Shown here: positions 11,856-22,274 of the stretch, in pieces
Position numbering within the stretch: the stretch's first letter is position 1
Layout of the letters: every line of letters begins with the position of its first letter
Source: Bacteroidota bacterium
GTDB taxonomy: Bacteria > Bacteroidota > Bacteroidia > AKYH767-A > OLB10
Assembly (NCBI GenBank): GCA_016709725.1
Contig: JADJMG010000005.1
Location: 387,544-451,543 of the forward strand
DNA length: 64,000 bases
Direction of reading: 5' to 3'
Made by a program: the position numbers and the translations under genes
Notes under the pieces: model-generated
Database searches by the model: none
Told to the model about the DNA's origin: nothing
Seen by the model: only the letters and a program-made list of their open reading frames with translations

Positions 11856-13152
11856 AATTGCCATTCATTGGTTTCGCCGCGATCTTCGGTTAGAAGATAA
11901 TGCTGCGTTTTATCACAGTTTGAAAAGCGGATACAATGTGCAATCTGTTTTTATTTTTGACAATGATATTTTGTACGCACTGGAGGATAAAAAAGACCGT
12001 CGACTCCAATTTATTCACGATCAAATTACCTATTTAAACCAGCAGCTTCAATTGCATGGCGGTAGTTTGGATGTGCGATATGGTACTCCGATAAAAATCT
12101 GGAAAGAATTACTAAAGGAATATAATACGGCCGCGGTATATACGAATCACGATTACGAACCGTACGCGAAAATTCGAGATAAAGAAATAGAAAATCTTTT
12201 AGTAAAAAATAATATTTCATTTCATACATTTAAAGACCAAGTGCTCTTTGAAAAAGATGAAATAATAAAGAAAGATGGGCAACCTTATACCATCTACACT
12301 CCATATAGTAAAAAATGGATGGAGAAGTTGAATGAAGAAGGTGTTCCCAATTACGACACTAAAAATCTTTTAAGTAAGCTGCATCAAAAAAAGTCTTCAG
12401 ATTTTCCCTCGTTGAAAAAGATGGGATTTGAAAAAAGCGAACCTGTTTTTCCTAGCAAGGAAATAAACAAATCGATTATTCAGCATTATCATGACACTCG
12501 TGATCTTCCAAGTGTATCAGGGACTTCCCGACTAAGCATTCACCTTCGATTTGGAACGGTAAGTATTCGAAAATTAATTAAAGAAGCACAAAAACTGAGT
12601 CCTACTTGGTTGAATGAACTCTGTTGGCGAGAATTTTATATGATGATCCTTTGGCATTTTCCACATGTTGTTCAAAGCGCCTTTAAACCTGCATACGATT
12701 TTATTGAATGGAGAAACAACGAAGATGAATTTGAGGCATGGTGTGAAGGCCGTACTGGCTATCCCATTGTTGATGCCGGTATGCGTGAACTCAATGAAAC
12801 TGGATTTATGCATAATCGAGTGCGGATGATTACGGCGAGTTTTCTAACTAAACATTTATTAATCGATTGGCGGTGGGGAGAAGCCTACTTCGCTTCCAAG
12901 TTGCTCGACTTCGACTTGAGTGCAAACAACGGCGGTTGGCAATGGGCCGCAGGTAGCGGATGTGATGCTGCTCCCTATTTTAGAATCTTTAATCCATACC
13001 TTCAAACACAACGATTTGATCCCGATTTTAAATACATTCGAAAATGGGTACCAGAGTTTGAAGACTTCGGCTATCCATCACCGATAGTTGAACATACCTT
13101 TGCAAGAGATCGTTGTTTACAAGTTTACAAGAAAGGACTCGCGAAAAAATAA
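11845..13152 (+). CDS. phr: deoxyribodipyrimidine photolyase / cryptochrome family protein
   Basis: An N-terminal photolyase domain (IHWFRRDLRLEDN) and a C-terminal FAD-binding block (GWQWAAGSG...DAAPYFRIFNP). Confidence 0.9.
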   Translation: MESKIAIHWFRRDLRLEDNAAFYHSLKSGYNVQSVFIFDNDILYALEDKKDRRLQFIHDQITYLNQQLQLHGGSLDVRYGTPIKIWKELLKEYNTAAVYTNHDYEPYAKIRDKEIENLLVKNNISFHTFKDQVLFEKDEIIKKDGQPYTIYTPYSKKWMEKLNEEGVPNYDTKNLLSKLHQKKSSDFPSLKKMGFEKSEPVFPSKEINKSIIQHYHDTRDLPSVSGTSRLSIHLRFGTVSIRKLIKEAQKLSPTWLNELCWREFYMMILWHFPHVVQSAFKPAYDFIEWRNNEDEFEAWCEGRTGYPIVDAGMRELNETGFMHNRVRMITASFLTKHLLIDWRWGEAYFASKLLDFDLSANNGGWQWAAGSGCDAAPYFRIFNPYLQTQRFDPDFKYIRKWVPEFEDFGYPSPIVEHTFARDRCLQVYKKGLAKK

Positions 13153-13159
13153 GTTTCTC

Positions 13160-13335
13160 GAAGAAAGGTTTCTCGCAAAGGCGCAAAGCCGCTAAGGCTG
13201 CGCTCGATAAATTTACATTCTAAGATGCTAAGGCTACGCTATGCTAAGCTTTCTTCCGAGAAACTTTGCAACCTTTGCGAGAAACTTTTCTGAGAGAATC
13301 CTTAGCGGCTTTGCGCCTTTGCGAGAAACTTTTGC
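13160..13335. repeat. structured intergenic element: a perfect 29-bp inverted repeat (13168-13196 / 13299-13327) of the ttctcgcaaaggcgcaaagccgctaagg family with partial internal copies
   Basis: tttctcgcaaaggcgcaaagccgctaagg ... ccttagcggctttgcgcctttgcgagaaa. It lies between the photolyase stop and the ribE start. Confidence 0.65.
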
Positions 13336-13464
13336 GAGTAAAAAAGCGACCTAATGGCAGCTAATGTTAGACTGTGCCTTTGCGAGAAAATTTCTGGGAA
13401 TTACTTTTGTTCGACCAAAGCAATAATTCTTTACTTTTATCTTCAAATTCAAAGTACACACATC

Positions 13465-14046
13465 ATGTTCACAGGAATAATTGAAGCACTTGGCAAAGTG
13501 TTAGTTGTAGTTGAAGAAGGGGGAAACAAAACATTTACTGTTGAATGCTCCTTTATTGAAGAATTAAAAGTTGACCAAAGCTTGGCGCATAATGGCGTTT
13601 GCTTAACTGTTACTGGATTTCGACCAGAAGGATATATTGTGACAGCTATTGCCGAAACGTTGCGCAAAAGCAATTTAGGAAGTATTCGCTCAGGTGATTT
13701 AATCAATCTAGAGCGATGCATGCTGATGAATGGAAGAATTGATGGACATATTGTACAAGGACATGTTGATTTAATTGGACATTGTACTGCTATCAATGAT
13801 GAGAATGGAAGTTGGCTTAAGGAATTTACGTATGATAAATCCGCAGGTCATGTTACTGTTCCGCAAGGTTCAATCACGATTAATGGAGTGAGTTTAACCG
13901 TTGCATCGTCACATCCAGGAAAATTCAGCGTCGCCATCATTCCATACACTTTTGAAAATACAAATTTTAAAACGATGAAAGTGGGTGATGTGGTTAATTT
14001 AGAATTTGATATTATTGGAAAATATGTGAAAGCTTATATGCAGTAA
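13465..14046 (+). CDS. ribE: riboflavin synthase alpha subunit
   Basis: MFTGIIEALGKV... with a duplicated lumazine-binding half (ITINGVSLTV). The ATG at 13465 is internal to the longer listed ORF. Confidence 0.9.
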   Translation: MFTGIIEALGKVLVVVEEGGNKTFTVECSFIEELKVDQSLAHNGVCLTVTGFRPEGYIVTAIAETLRKSNLGSIRSGDLINLERCMLMNGRIDGHIVQGHVDLIGHCTAINDENGSWLKEFTYDKSAGHVTVPQGSITINGVSLTVASSHPGKFSVAIIPYTFENTNFKTMKVGDVVNLEFDIIGKYVKAYMQ

Positions 14047-14052
14047 TTGTTT

Positions 14053-15243
14053 TTACACTGAATGAATATTAATTTTTGATGCATTCCATCGCAGTATAAA
14101 AAATGAGATCAAAGCAACTCCTGCAGTGATCGAAAAAACGAGCTGGGGACCTCCTATTGACCATAGCCATCCTGTCCACACTCCTGCAAAAAGCACACCT
14201 AAACTATTTACACTCGTATAAAAACCGATGGCTTGTCCACGCTCTTGCGTTGGAACGATGTTAGAAATAACAGCTTTGGCTACTGACTCCAAACACGAAA
14301 TAGAAAAAGCATACACGGCGAACAAAATAGTAAATGCTAGCAAGGAATTCATCCAGGCCATTCCAAAGTAACACAAAGCAAAAAGAAAGACACCAATTAA
14401 CATCACATTTATTTTTCCCCATTTATCGGCCCAAACACCAATGGGCATTGCTAATAAAGCATACAATAAATTATACAAGATGTAAACAGCAATCATGGCG
14501 GTATCTGAAAATCCAGCTTCTTTCAATGCCATCAACAAAAACACATCCGGACTATTTACCAGTGCAAATAACATCAATGGAAATAAAAATTTCCGGAAGC
14601 TTGCATGACTTGTTTTCCAATAATTGAAATAAGAAAAGAATCCAACATGCGTTTTTGAATTCACTTCTGCATTTACTTTTTTCTCTTTCAAACGAAAAGC
14701 CAAGATCAAACTAATTACGGCGGGAATAAATGCAATGGTGAATAAAGTGGAATAATCGCCAGGCATCCACCAAAGCCATAGTAAAGCTAAGGAAGGACCA
14801 ATGGCTGCACCGAGCGTATCGAGTCCGCGATGAAAACCAAACACCGCAGCACGAGTCTCAGGACTAGACTCCAGTGCCAATAAAGAATCTCGCGGAGCAG
14901 TTCGAATTCCTTTACCCAATCGGTCGGTTATTCTTCCTGAAAAAATTCGCATTAAATCGGGAGAGCCCATCATCATCATTTTTCCTAATGCAGAAAGTCC
15001 ATATCCCCACTTCACAAAAACAGCGCGTTGTTGAAGCTGATCCGACCTGTGACCGAAATACCCTTTAGATACGCCAGCAACTACATTCGCAATTCCTTCT
15101 AGCATGCCCAACACAAGCATTGAATATCCGGCTTCTTTTAAAAAAAGCGGGAGAACTGGATACAACAACTCACTAGAAATATCAGCAAAGAGACTGATGC
15201 ATCCCAATAGCCAAACATTTTTAGAGAATTTCGATTTAAACAT
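14053..15243 (-). CDS. MFS transporter
   Basis: 396 aa and about 12 TM helices. The MFS-like loop motif GRITDRLGKG is present. Confidence 0.8.
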   Translation of the reverse strand: MFKSKFSKNVWLLGCISLFADISSELLYPVLPLFLKEAGYSMLVLGMLEGIANVVAGVSKGYFGHRSDQLQQRAVFVKWGYGLSALGKMMMMGSPDLMRIFSGRITDRLGKGIRTAPRDSLLALESSPETRAAVFGFHRGLDTLGAAIGPSLALLWLWWMPGDYSTLFTIAFIPAVISLILAFRLKEKKVNAEVNSKTHVGFFSYFNYWKTSHASFRKFLFPLMLFALVNSPDVFLLMALKEAGFSDTAMIAVYILYNLLYALLAMPIGVWADKWGKINVMLIGVFLFALCYFGMAWMNSLLAFTILFAVYAFSISCLESVAKAVISNIVPTQERGQAIGFYTSVNSLGVLFAGVWTGWLWSIGGPQLVFSITAGVALISFFILRWNASKINIHSV

Positions 15244-15586
15244 GATTCAAGGAATCAAACTTTTCTCGCGTGAGTAACCATCGCTTTACTGGTTGTTCAA
15301 AACAAATCCATCCAGGAATTGTGGTGTATTCCTTCACAAAATCGAAACCTAATTTTTCAACGGTTCTATTGGGAGCAAAATTTTGAGCGTTTGGTTCACA
15401 GAAAATTTGCTTTAAATTGAAATACTTAAAATAAAATGGAATCGACATCCTTAACCACTCCCATCCAAATCCTTTCCCGCGAAACTCCTCATCCCAAATA
15501 TGAAGATGCACAAAAGCTTCTTCTCCAAAAATGATTGGACTAATATTAGAATGTCCGACCGCTTTTCCATCGTAAAACCAAATCAT
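15236..15586 (-). CDS. GNAT family N-acetyltransferase (possibly N-terminally truncated or frameshifted)
   Basis: A GNAT core (RGKGFGWEWL...). At 116 aa it is short for the family. Confidence 0.6.
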   Translation of the reverse strand: MIWFYDGKAVGHSNISPIIFGEEAFVHLHIWDEEFRGKGFGWEWLRMSIPFYFKYFNLKQIFCEPNAQNFAPNRTVEKLGFDFVKEYTTIPGWICFEQPVKRWLLTREKFDSLNHV

Positions 15587-15849
15587 AGCAAATGATTTTT
15601 CTCTGGAAAAGGAGTTTTTAACTGGGATTCAATCATAGCTGTGAAATCTTCGGGAGATGGTAATTTAGAAAGATCAACACCCATATGAATCAAAAATCAT
15701 CGGGAGAGTTCATCCAATAATTTACGAGTGATGGAATATCCTCCATACTAATTTCACGAACCGACAAGTTGCTTTTTGACATCATCACAAATTTAATAGA
15801 TATTTTATTTAACTATGAAGCTCCCCATTTAAACTATTGCTTATTTGCT

Positions 15850-17028
15850 TTACAAGTAGCTCAGCCACCAATAATTTTTTCGCTGCTTCAAATCACTAAA
15901 CCATTTACACAATGGATACAACGCCAAGACCATCAGGATCCAAATTAAATATACATACCTCAATGTTAACCCCTCACCTGCAATGACGAATTTAAATGGA
16001 ATTCCAAATATCAAAGAAGTCTCTTCATTTAAGTTATGTCCGTTAAGCATAAAAATGAAAATTGCGATTAAATGCAAAATGTAAAAATGCAATACATAAT
16101 AAAAGAAAGGAACTCGACCGTAGACGCTCACTATCTTACTCCACTTATTATTCAAATTCTCGAAATAGGCAAGAAACAATAATGCAGGACCGATAGTCAT
16201 ACACAAATAAAGGAGAGAAGGTGGATACTTATGTAGATTCAGAAAAGACATTACGGTAAATATTGGATCCATTTGAACAGACCATAAAAATGGATTACCA
16301 TAAAGGTTAGTCCCTCTTAACAGCACAAAAAACACAAGGGTGCTCCAACCCAGTCTACTTAACAACTTCTTTCTTTTAATAGGATCATATCCTTGTTTAT
16401 AAATTGCACCCAAACAATAACCCAACGACATGACGCCAAGCCAAGGAAGGATGGGATAAATAAACGCCATTTGATGCCCCGGGGTAAGTGTATGAAATGC
16501 AAAATTTCCATTTCGGAAAAAGTCCCAAAACAAACCCTTGTGTGTACTTGGAAAATAATCCAAAACATTATGACCGAATACCAATAAAATTCCAATCAAA
16601 AAAACCAACTTCCATGGCAATCGAATCAGCATTGACATCCCTATCATACTGATTCCGATGGCCCAAATTACTCCTAAGACGAACACTGAGAAACCACTAT
16701 CGAAAGTCCAAGCATAGGTTATAATAACTACTTCAACGAACACTAACCACAAGCCGCGCTTCCATAAAAAACGGACAACTCGCCCTTGCTCTTTCGTGCT
16801 TCTTGTAAAAAACGGAGATGCCTGCTAGAAACACAAAGACTGGAGCACAAAAATGAGTAATCCATCGCGTAAAAACAAAATGGGACCTGTCGATTTTAAA
16901 TCCAAGGGATCATGAATAAAGGCATCAAAATGCACAAAATCGCGAGTGTGATCGAGAGCCATGATGATCATTACGAATCCACGAAGAAAATCGAGGGAAT
17001 AAATTCTTTTCTTAACGAGTGGGTCCAT
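15850..17028 (-). CDS. DUF1624 / heparan-alpha-glucosaminide N-acetyltransferase-like membrane protein, frameshifted (fragments 15850-16752 and 16825-17028)
   Basis: The N-terminal fragment [17 protein letters not shown] is the DUF1624 signature. A 300-aa polytopic membrane continuation lies downstream. Confidence 0.6.
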
Positions 17029-17030
17029 TA

Positions 17031-17125
17031 TAAGAATTAAGAATTAAGAATTAGGAATTAAGAATTAGGAATTAGGAATTAGGAATAAGGAATAAGGAAT
17101 AAGGAATAAGGAATTAATAACAACC
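17031..17125. repeat. microsatellite-like tandem repeat (gaattaa/ggaatta/ggaataa units)
   Basis: Visible run: agaattaagaattaagaattaggaatt...ggaataaggaataagg. Related gaattcagaatt(a/c)(a/t)gaatt blocks occur at 2915-2945, 3055-3080, 8365-8395, 51256-51290 and 51375-51415. Confidence 0.75.
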
Positions 17126-17172
17126 AAAGTTAATTAAATAAATGAAAAATCATGCCTAGGGAGGTTAACCTT

Positions 17173-17634
17173 CTAATTTCTCCAAACCAACTTAGCTGCG
17201 GAGATTGTATCCAATTCCAATCGAACTCCCTCTTGAATTACAAAACCATTTTTTAAATAAAACTGCAATGGAGAAACGTAGGGCGAACCATCCGACTTCA
17301 AATCCTGATCATGATCCACTACCCATGCGGAAATCATTTCTTTATTCTCTGTTAATTCTTCCAGCAGAATAGACCCATAACCTTTTCCTTGCATTGAAGT
17401 AGGCATGAGCATGGCTAGCCATAACTCTCCATCGCGAATAAATCGAAAAGAAAAAGCAATCGCTGGGATCGAAGAATCGATCAGCAGAAAATATTCTACG
17501 TGTTGCAATCCATCAAAATAGGAATTTAGTTTTGATAGATCTTCGAACTTTACATTTACTGGATAGACGTCATTCCAGCATTTCAACAATTCTAGTTGTT
17601 GTTGTTGATTTAAGACTTGAGTATGTATGATCAT
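17173..17634 (-). CDS. GNAT family N-acetyltransferase
   Basis: 153 aa with the GNAT fold motifs (QGKGYGSILL). Confidence 0.7.
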   Translation of the reverse strand: MIIHTQVLNQQQQLELLKCWNDVYPVNVKFEDLSKLNSYFDGLQHVEYFLLIDSSIPAIAFSFRFIRDGELWLAMLMPTSMQGKGYGSILLEELTENKEMISAWVVDHDQDLKSDGSPYVSPLQFYLKNGFVIQEGVRLELDTISAAKLVWRN

Positions 17635-17784
17635 CTTTACTTTCCAATAAAAACTAAATTAATGTGACACATCAAAGATACTCTATCGGGAACAACCTGT
17701 GCTGTACAATGTACGAAAATAAAAAAGCCTCGTCTGATTCATGAAAATCGGATGAGGCTACCTTACTACTTCGCGGCCCCCAAA

Positions 17785-18158
17785 GGCCGGCCGCGGGGCC
17801 CCCCGCGGCGGGGGGGGGGGCCCCCCGCGGCGGGGGGGCCCCCCCCCCCCCCCCCCCGGCCCCGCCCGGGGGGCCCCCCCGCGCCGGCGCCGCCCCCGGG
17901 GCCCCCGGCGCGCCCCGGGGCCCCCCCCCCCGGCCCCCGGCGGCCCGCCCCCCCCCCGGGGGCGCGGCGCGGGGCCGCCCCCCCCCGCCGCCGGCCCCCC
18001 CCCCCCGGGGGGGCGCCCGCCCCCCCCCCCGCCCCGCGGGGGGGGGCGGGGGCCCGGGCCCCGGCGGCGGGGGGGGGGGCGGCCCGGGGGTGGGGGGGGT
18101 CGGCGGGGGGGGGCGGGGGGGCGGCGGGGGGGGCGGGGGGCCCCGGGGGGGGGCCCCT
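17785..18158. other. about 375-bp tract of essentially pure G+C (alternating G- and C-homopolymers), probable sequence artefact
   Basis: Only a couple of T and no A over about 375 bp in an AT-rich genome. The listed ORF 17752-18162 merely translates it as Pro/Gly/Ala/Arg. Confidence 0.9.
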
Positions 18159-18165
18159 ATAAACC

Positions 18166-19425
18166 TTAGAAATTAATTTGTGCTTGCAAACGTAGAAGTG
18201 ATCCTTCTTGATAATTATCTCTCAGTGCGGCATCTTCAAACTTTCTTTTTGAGATCGTATACATAGCAACAAACTCAAATTGTGGAACGGGCTGCCACTC
18301 CAATCCTATTTCTGTTTCTTCCACTTCATACGAGCGAGCATCCAATTCGTGTTTTTTTCCACCGTTGTAATATTGATAGCGTACAAATGGAATTAAGATA
18401 TGATTTCCAACTTTTGTCAGGTAAGACAAAATCACATACCCTCCATACAAATCTTTACTCTCAATAGAATCAGTAGCCTTGTTAAACTCGGGACCTTCGC
18501 CGATATTATACTCGGCTTGTATACCAAATGGCTTTGGATAAAGAATAAATGATCCAGCTACGCGTTGATCGGTATAAATTTTATCCTTGGTTGTCTTGAC
18601 ACCAGCAGAAATTTGATCTTTAGCTAACACAAATTTTCCGGTATACCCTTGCACACTTGCTTCCATAATTTGATTTCCCAATTCAATAGGATAACTTAAA
18701 CGACCGACCATGTGCAATTCATTATTTAGATCAGGCTTATTTGCTGTTTGACCATTGAAAACACCAAAAGCAAATACACCATAATCACCAGATCCTTTCA
18801 ATCCTGCTTTTACAAGATTCGCTAATAATTTTCTTTTCTTCGTTGGAGCCCAATAAAAAAACGCACCCATATCACGTTCATTCGAAAATGCAGAATTGAG
18901 CGCATCATCACGATCTAAGGGTAAACGATTCTGACTCGATTGCAAATTCGCAAATCCAAATGGAACCTTACTTTGACCCACACGAATTCTAAATTCATTT
19001 TCTTTATCAATCCCTAAATCCATGTAGGCATCACGAAGTTGAGTAAAATTTAAACTTGTTGATGAAACCGAACTCGCGAAATCTGGCTGCACATAAAAAT
19101 AAACTTGCTTCGAAATTTGTCCTGAAAAAATAATTCGAGCGCGTCGAATAAAAATACCACCATTTTCGCCCCAACTTTTATCACATTGCTCACACTTCAA
19201 GTCTTCGTTGGTTTCTAACAATCGATTGTAACGAATTTGCAAGTACCCACGAATCTTAAAAGTATCGTACCATTTTTCTTCAACTGCTGGTTTTGGTGCT
19301 GCTGGCTCAGCGGTAGCTTGCGCTAACAAAGAGTGGTTGCTTAATACAAGTATGACCATTACTAAAAACACACTTTTCATTCCAATTATCCGATTTAGAT
19401 AATAACTTGATAACCTTTTTTTCAT
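18166..19425 (-). CDS. outer-membrane porin (phosphate-selective porin O/P-like)
   Basis: A signal peptide, a beta-rich sequence and a C-terminal ...LQAQINF aromatic terminus. The start may be the internal Met at about 19380. Confidence 0.55.
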   Translation of the reverse strand: MKKRLSSYYLNRIIGMKSVFLVMVILVLSNHSLLAQATAEPAAPKPAVEEKWYDTFKIRGYLQIRYNRLLETNEDLKCEQCDKSWGENGGIFIRRARIIFSGQISKQVYFYVQPDFASSVSSTSLNFTQLRDAYMDLGIDKENEFRIRVGQSKVPFGFANLQSSQNRLPLDRDDALNSAFSNERDMGAFFYWAPTKKRKLLANLVKAGLKGSGDYGVFAFGVFNGQTANKPDLNNELHMVGRLSYPIELGNQIMEASVQGYTGKFVLAKDQISAGVKTTKDKIYTDQRVAGSFILYPKPFGIQAEYNIGEGPEFNKATDSIESKDLYGGYVILSYLTKVGNHILIPFVRYQYYNGGKKHELDARSYEVEETEIGLEWQPVPQFEFVAMYTISKRKFEDAALRDNYQEGSLLRLQAQINF

Positions 19426-19610
19426 TTTAATTTTAGATTAGTTCCTTCGGGGGCAAAAATAATTTTAATTCTGCCCTAAATGACGCCTTCAGAAGCCTCC
19501 AACGTTAACAAATTATTAAGATCACATGCAATGTTAAGGCTATATTAACTCAATGTTAAGATAACCTTTTGTTCACATCAAAAAGGAGAATTAAATCAAT
19601 AAAAAGAGGG

Positions 19611-20663
19611 TTAAACGATGGACTTATTAGCCAGTTGTCCGCAAGCGGCGTCAATATCCTTCCCTCTGCTGCGACGCAGATTGACCACATGACCATGCTT
19701 CCAAAGCTCATTCATAAAAGCATTGATTTTCGGTTCGGTCGTTTTTTGAAACTCGCCACCGTCAATGGGATTGTATTCAATTAAATTAATTTTGCTCACG
19801 ACACGTCGTGCAAAAGCGGCCAATTCACGGGCATCATCGAGGCTATCATTAAAATTATTAAAAACGATATATTCTAAAGTAACTCTAGTCCCTGTCTTCT
19901 CATAAAAATAATTCAAAGACTCCTCCAACACATCTAACTTATTACTTTCATTAATAGGCATGATACGATCGCGCTTTTGATCATTTGCAGCATGAAGTGA
20001 TAAAGCAAGATTAAACTTTACTTCGTCATCACCTAATTTCTTAATCATTTTCGCAATGCCCGCTGTGCTCACCGTAATTCGACGTGGCGCCATATTCAGT
20101 CCTTGTTGCGAAGTAATATGCTCAATACTTTTTAAAACATTAGCATAATTTAAAAGCGGTTCACCCATGCCCATGTACACTACATTACTTAATGCAATAT
20201 CATAATTTGATTGTGCTTGCTCACGAATCATGGCTACTTGATCATAGATTTCATCAAAATGCAAATTGCGCACGCGATCCATCTTCCCTGTACCACAAAA
20301 TTTACATGTTAAACTACATCCTACTTGTGAACTAACGCATGCTGTCATGCGGGTATCGGTAGGAATCAAAACCCCTTCCACTATATTTCCATCGTGCAGC
20401 TTAAAGGCATTTTTAATGGTACGATCGCGGCTCACCTGTGAAGTCTCAATGGTGATGGGATTAATGGTAAAATTCTCTTCGAGTAAAGTCCGTGTCTCCT
20501 TCGACAAATTCGTCATTTCATCAAAAGATCGGGCCGATTTATTCCAAAGCCAATCACTTACCTGCTTGGCACGAAAGGCTTTATCCCCTTTGGACACAAA
20601 AACTTCCTTGAGTTCATCAAGACTTAAATGACGTATATTTTGCTTTAATGACATGTGGTGCAA
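19611..20663 (-). CDS. rlmN: 23S rRNA (adenine2503-C2)-methyltransferase, radical SAM
   Basis: CxxxCxxC cluster SQVGCSLTCKFCGTG plus the RlmN C-terminal motifs. Confidence 0.9.
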   Translation of the reverse strand: MHHMSLKQNIRHLSLDELKEVFVSKGDKAFRAKQVSDWLWNKSARSFDEMTNLSKETRTLLEENFTINPITIETSQVSRDRTIKNAFKLHDGNIVEGVLIPTDTRMTACVSSQVGCSLTCKFCGTGKMDRVRNLHFDEIYDQVAMIREQAQSNYDIALSNVVYMGMGEPLLNYANVLKSIEHITSQQGLNMAPRRITVSTAGIAKMIKKLGDDEVKFNLALSLHAANDQKRDRIMPINESNKLDVLEESLNYFYEKTGTRVTLEYIVFNNFNDSLDDARELAAFARRVVSKINLIEYNPIDGGEFQKTTEPKINAFMNELWKHGHVVNLRRSRGKDIDAACGQLANKSIV

Positions 20664-20679
20664 AGATACGTGTTAGATG

Positions 20680-20840
20680 GGAGATTGGGATCCTCGAGGG
20701 AGATTAGGGGGGGCTGCGACGGATTAGGATGCGAAGCTTCGGAGATGGGAGATTGGAGGATGTGCGATGGCAGACATTAGTCTCGAGGCTTCTCGATTAG
20801 AGGTTAATCGCGAGGCATTGCGATTAGTTGCTAGAACTTT
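20680..20840. repeat. degenerate short repeats (gggagattgg / gattag / cgcgaggc units)
   Basis: Visible reiteration in the intergenic region downstream of rlmN. Confidence 0.4.
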
Positions 20841-20998
20841 GGATGTAAGGTGTTTATCGTTCCGGGCTTAAAGAAGTGGTGGTTTAGAAGCAAGAAATGG
20901 CTACCTATCACTACTGGTTATTTGAACCACAAAAGTTTAATAAACCACATCCCCGCCATTTCTTTTAAGCCCTTGTTATGCCTTCGTGCTACAGATGA

Positions 20999-22274
20999 CT
21001 AGAATTTCACAAGTTTGATGTTCGCAGTTCTATTTTCTTTTAAGTAGTTAAGCAAATAAAAGCCGGGGTGTAAACCATTTGTTTTAAATATTGTTTTACC
21101 ATCAATAGTTTTTTGCCGCATAATTTCTTTTCCCTTTATATCATATAATGTAGCATCTCCTTTTTCTTCAGTTCCATTTATGATAAATTCATTTGTAAAA
21201 GGATTAGGATAAATATGTAATGAAATAGCAGTGGAGATTTCATTTACGCTGGTATTAAAACAAAGTGGAGTAAACGGAAAACCTCTGCTTGTAATGGTAG
21301 AAGGAGAGGTTACTAAGCAACCCGAAGAAAAAGAAAAGCCTGTACTTCCGGTAATGGTTGCTGCGGTATCTGAAATAGTTGTCGGATTTCCCAGGTTGCA
21401 TCCGCTGTTTCCATTGGCATCTGTTTTTATTAAATAAATATCAAAATCACCTGCATTGAAGCTTGCAGAAAAACCATTAATAATATAACCACCATCAGTG
21501 GTCTGTTGAATGGAACGTGCAGCATCCCAATCACTGCCACCATATGTTTTTGACCACATAAGCGTTCCATTTGAATCGGTTTTGAGCAAATAAACATCAA
21601 TGCTGCCTGCACCAAAACTCTCCGTTTCGCCAGCAATAATAAATCCTCCGTCATTGGTCTGCTCAACATCATAGGCGCGGTCATCATTTGTACCTCCAAA
21701 TGTTTTTGACCACAAAACATTTCCAATCGAGTCTGTCCTTATTAAGTACACGTCATCACTACCCACACCAAAACTGGCAAATGTTTTACCCGCAATTATA
21801 TATCCACCATCGTTTGTCTGTTTAACAGAGCGACCTTGTTCAGAACTTATTCCTCCATATGTCCTTGTCCATAAAGAATCTCCAAAAGCATTTATCTTTA
21901 ATAAATAATAATCAGTTCCTGTTGTTGAACCTTGTGCATACCCATTTATAATATAACCTCCATCATTCGTTTGCTGAACAGAATATGCTCTGCAAGAACC
22001 AGTACCTCCATACACTCTTGTCCACAAAGTATCTCCATTCGAATCCGTTTCCAATTGCATTTGTCTTAATTAGAAAAGCATCACTATTGCCAGCTCCAAA
22101 ATTTGCTATGGAACCAGTAATAATATATCCACCGTCATTTGTCTGTTGCACACCAGTTCCGGCATCCGAACCTGTTCCACCAAAAGTTTTTTGAAAAGTG
22201 ATTTGCGCAGAGGAAATTTCAGCAAAGAGAATCATCTCTATCAACAGAACGATAATTAAGTACTTTGTTTTCAT
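20999..22274 (-). CDS. T9SS C-terminal-sorting-domain protein with about 50-aa TNDGGYII repeats, frameshifted (fragments 20999-22060 and 21963-22274)
   Basis: An N-terminal signal peptide, repeated ..YGG...D.A.S..QT.DGGYII.G motifs and a C-terminal T9SS CTD (IYPNPFTNEFIING...IKLVKF). Confidence 0.65.

Noticed and set aside
13153-13464. FMN riboswitch upstream of ribE
   Set aside because: The region is occupied by the inverted-repeat element, and I did not see the conserved FMN-aptamer segments.
13449-13796. 115-aa minus-strand ORF
   Set aside because: It is antisense within riboflavin synthase.
17752-18162. 136-aa ORF (Pro/Gly/Ala/Arg-rich) listed on the + strand
   Set aside because: It is simply the translation of the pure G+C tract. 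It has no codon structure and no start context, so it is not a gene.
20680-20840. Possible small tandem-repeat protein or array
   Set aside because: The units are degenerate and short (gagattgg/gattag). It is most likely low-complexity intergenic sequence, so it is listed only as a low-confidence repeat feature.
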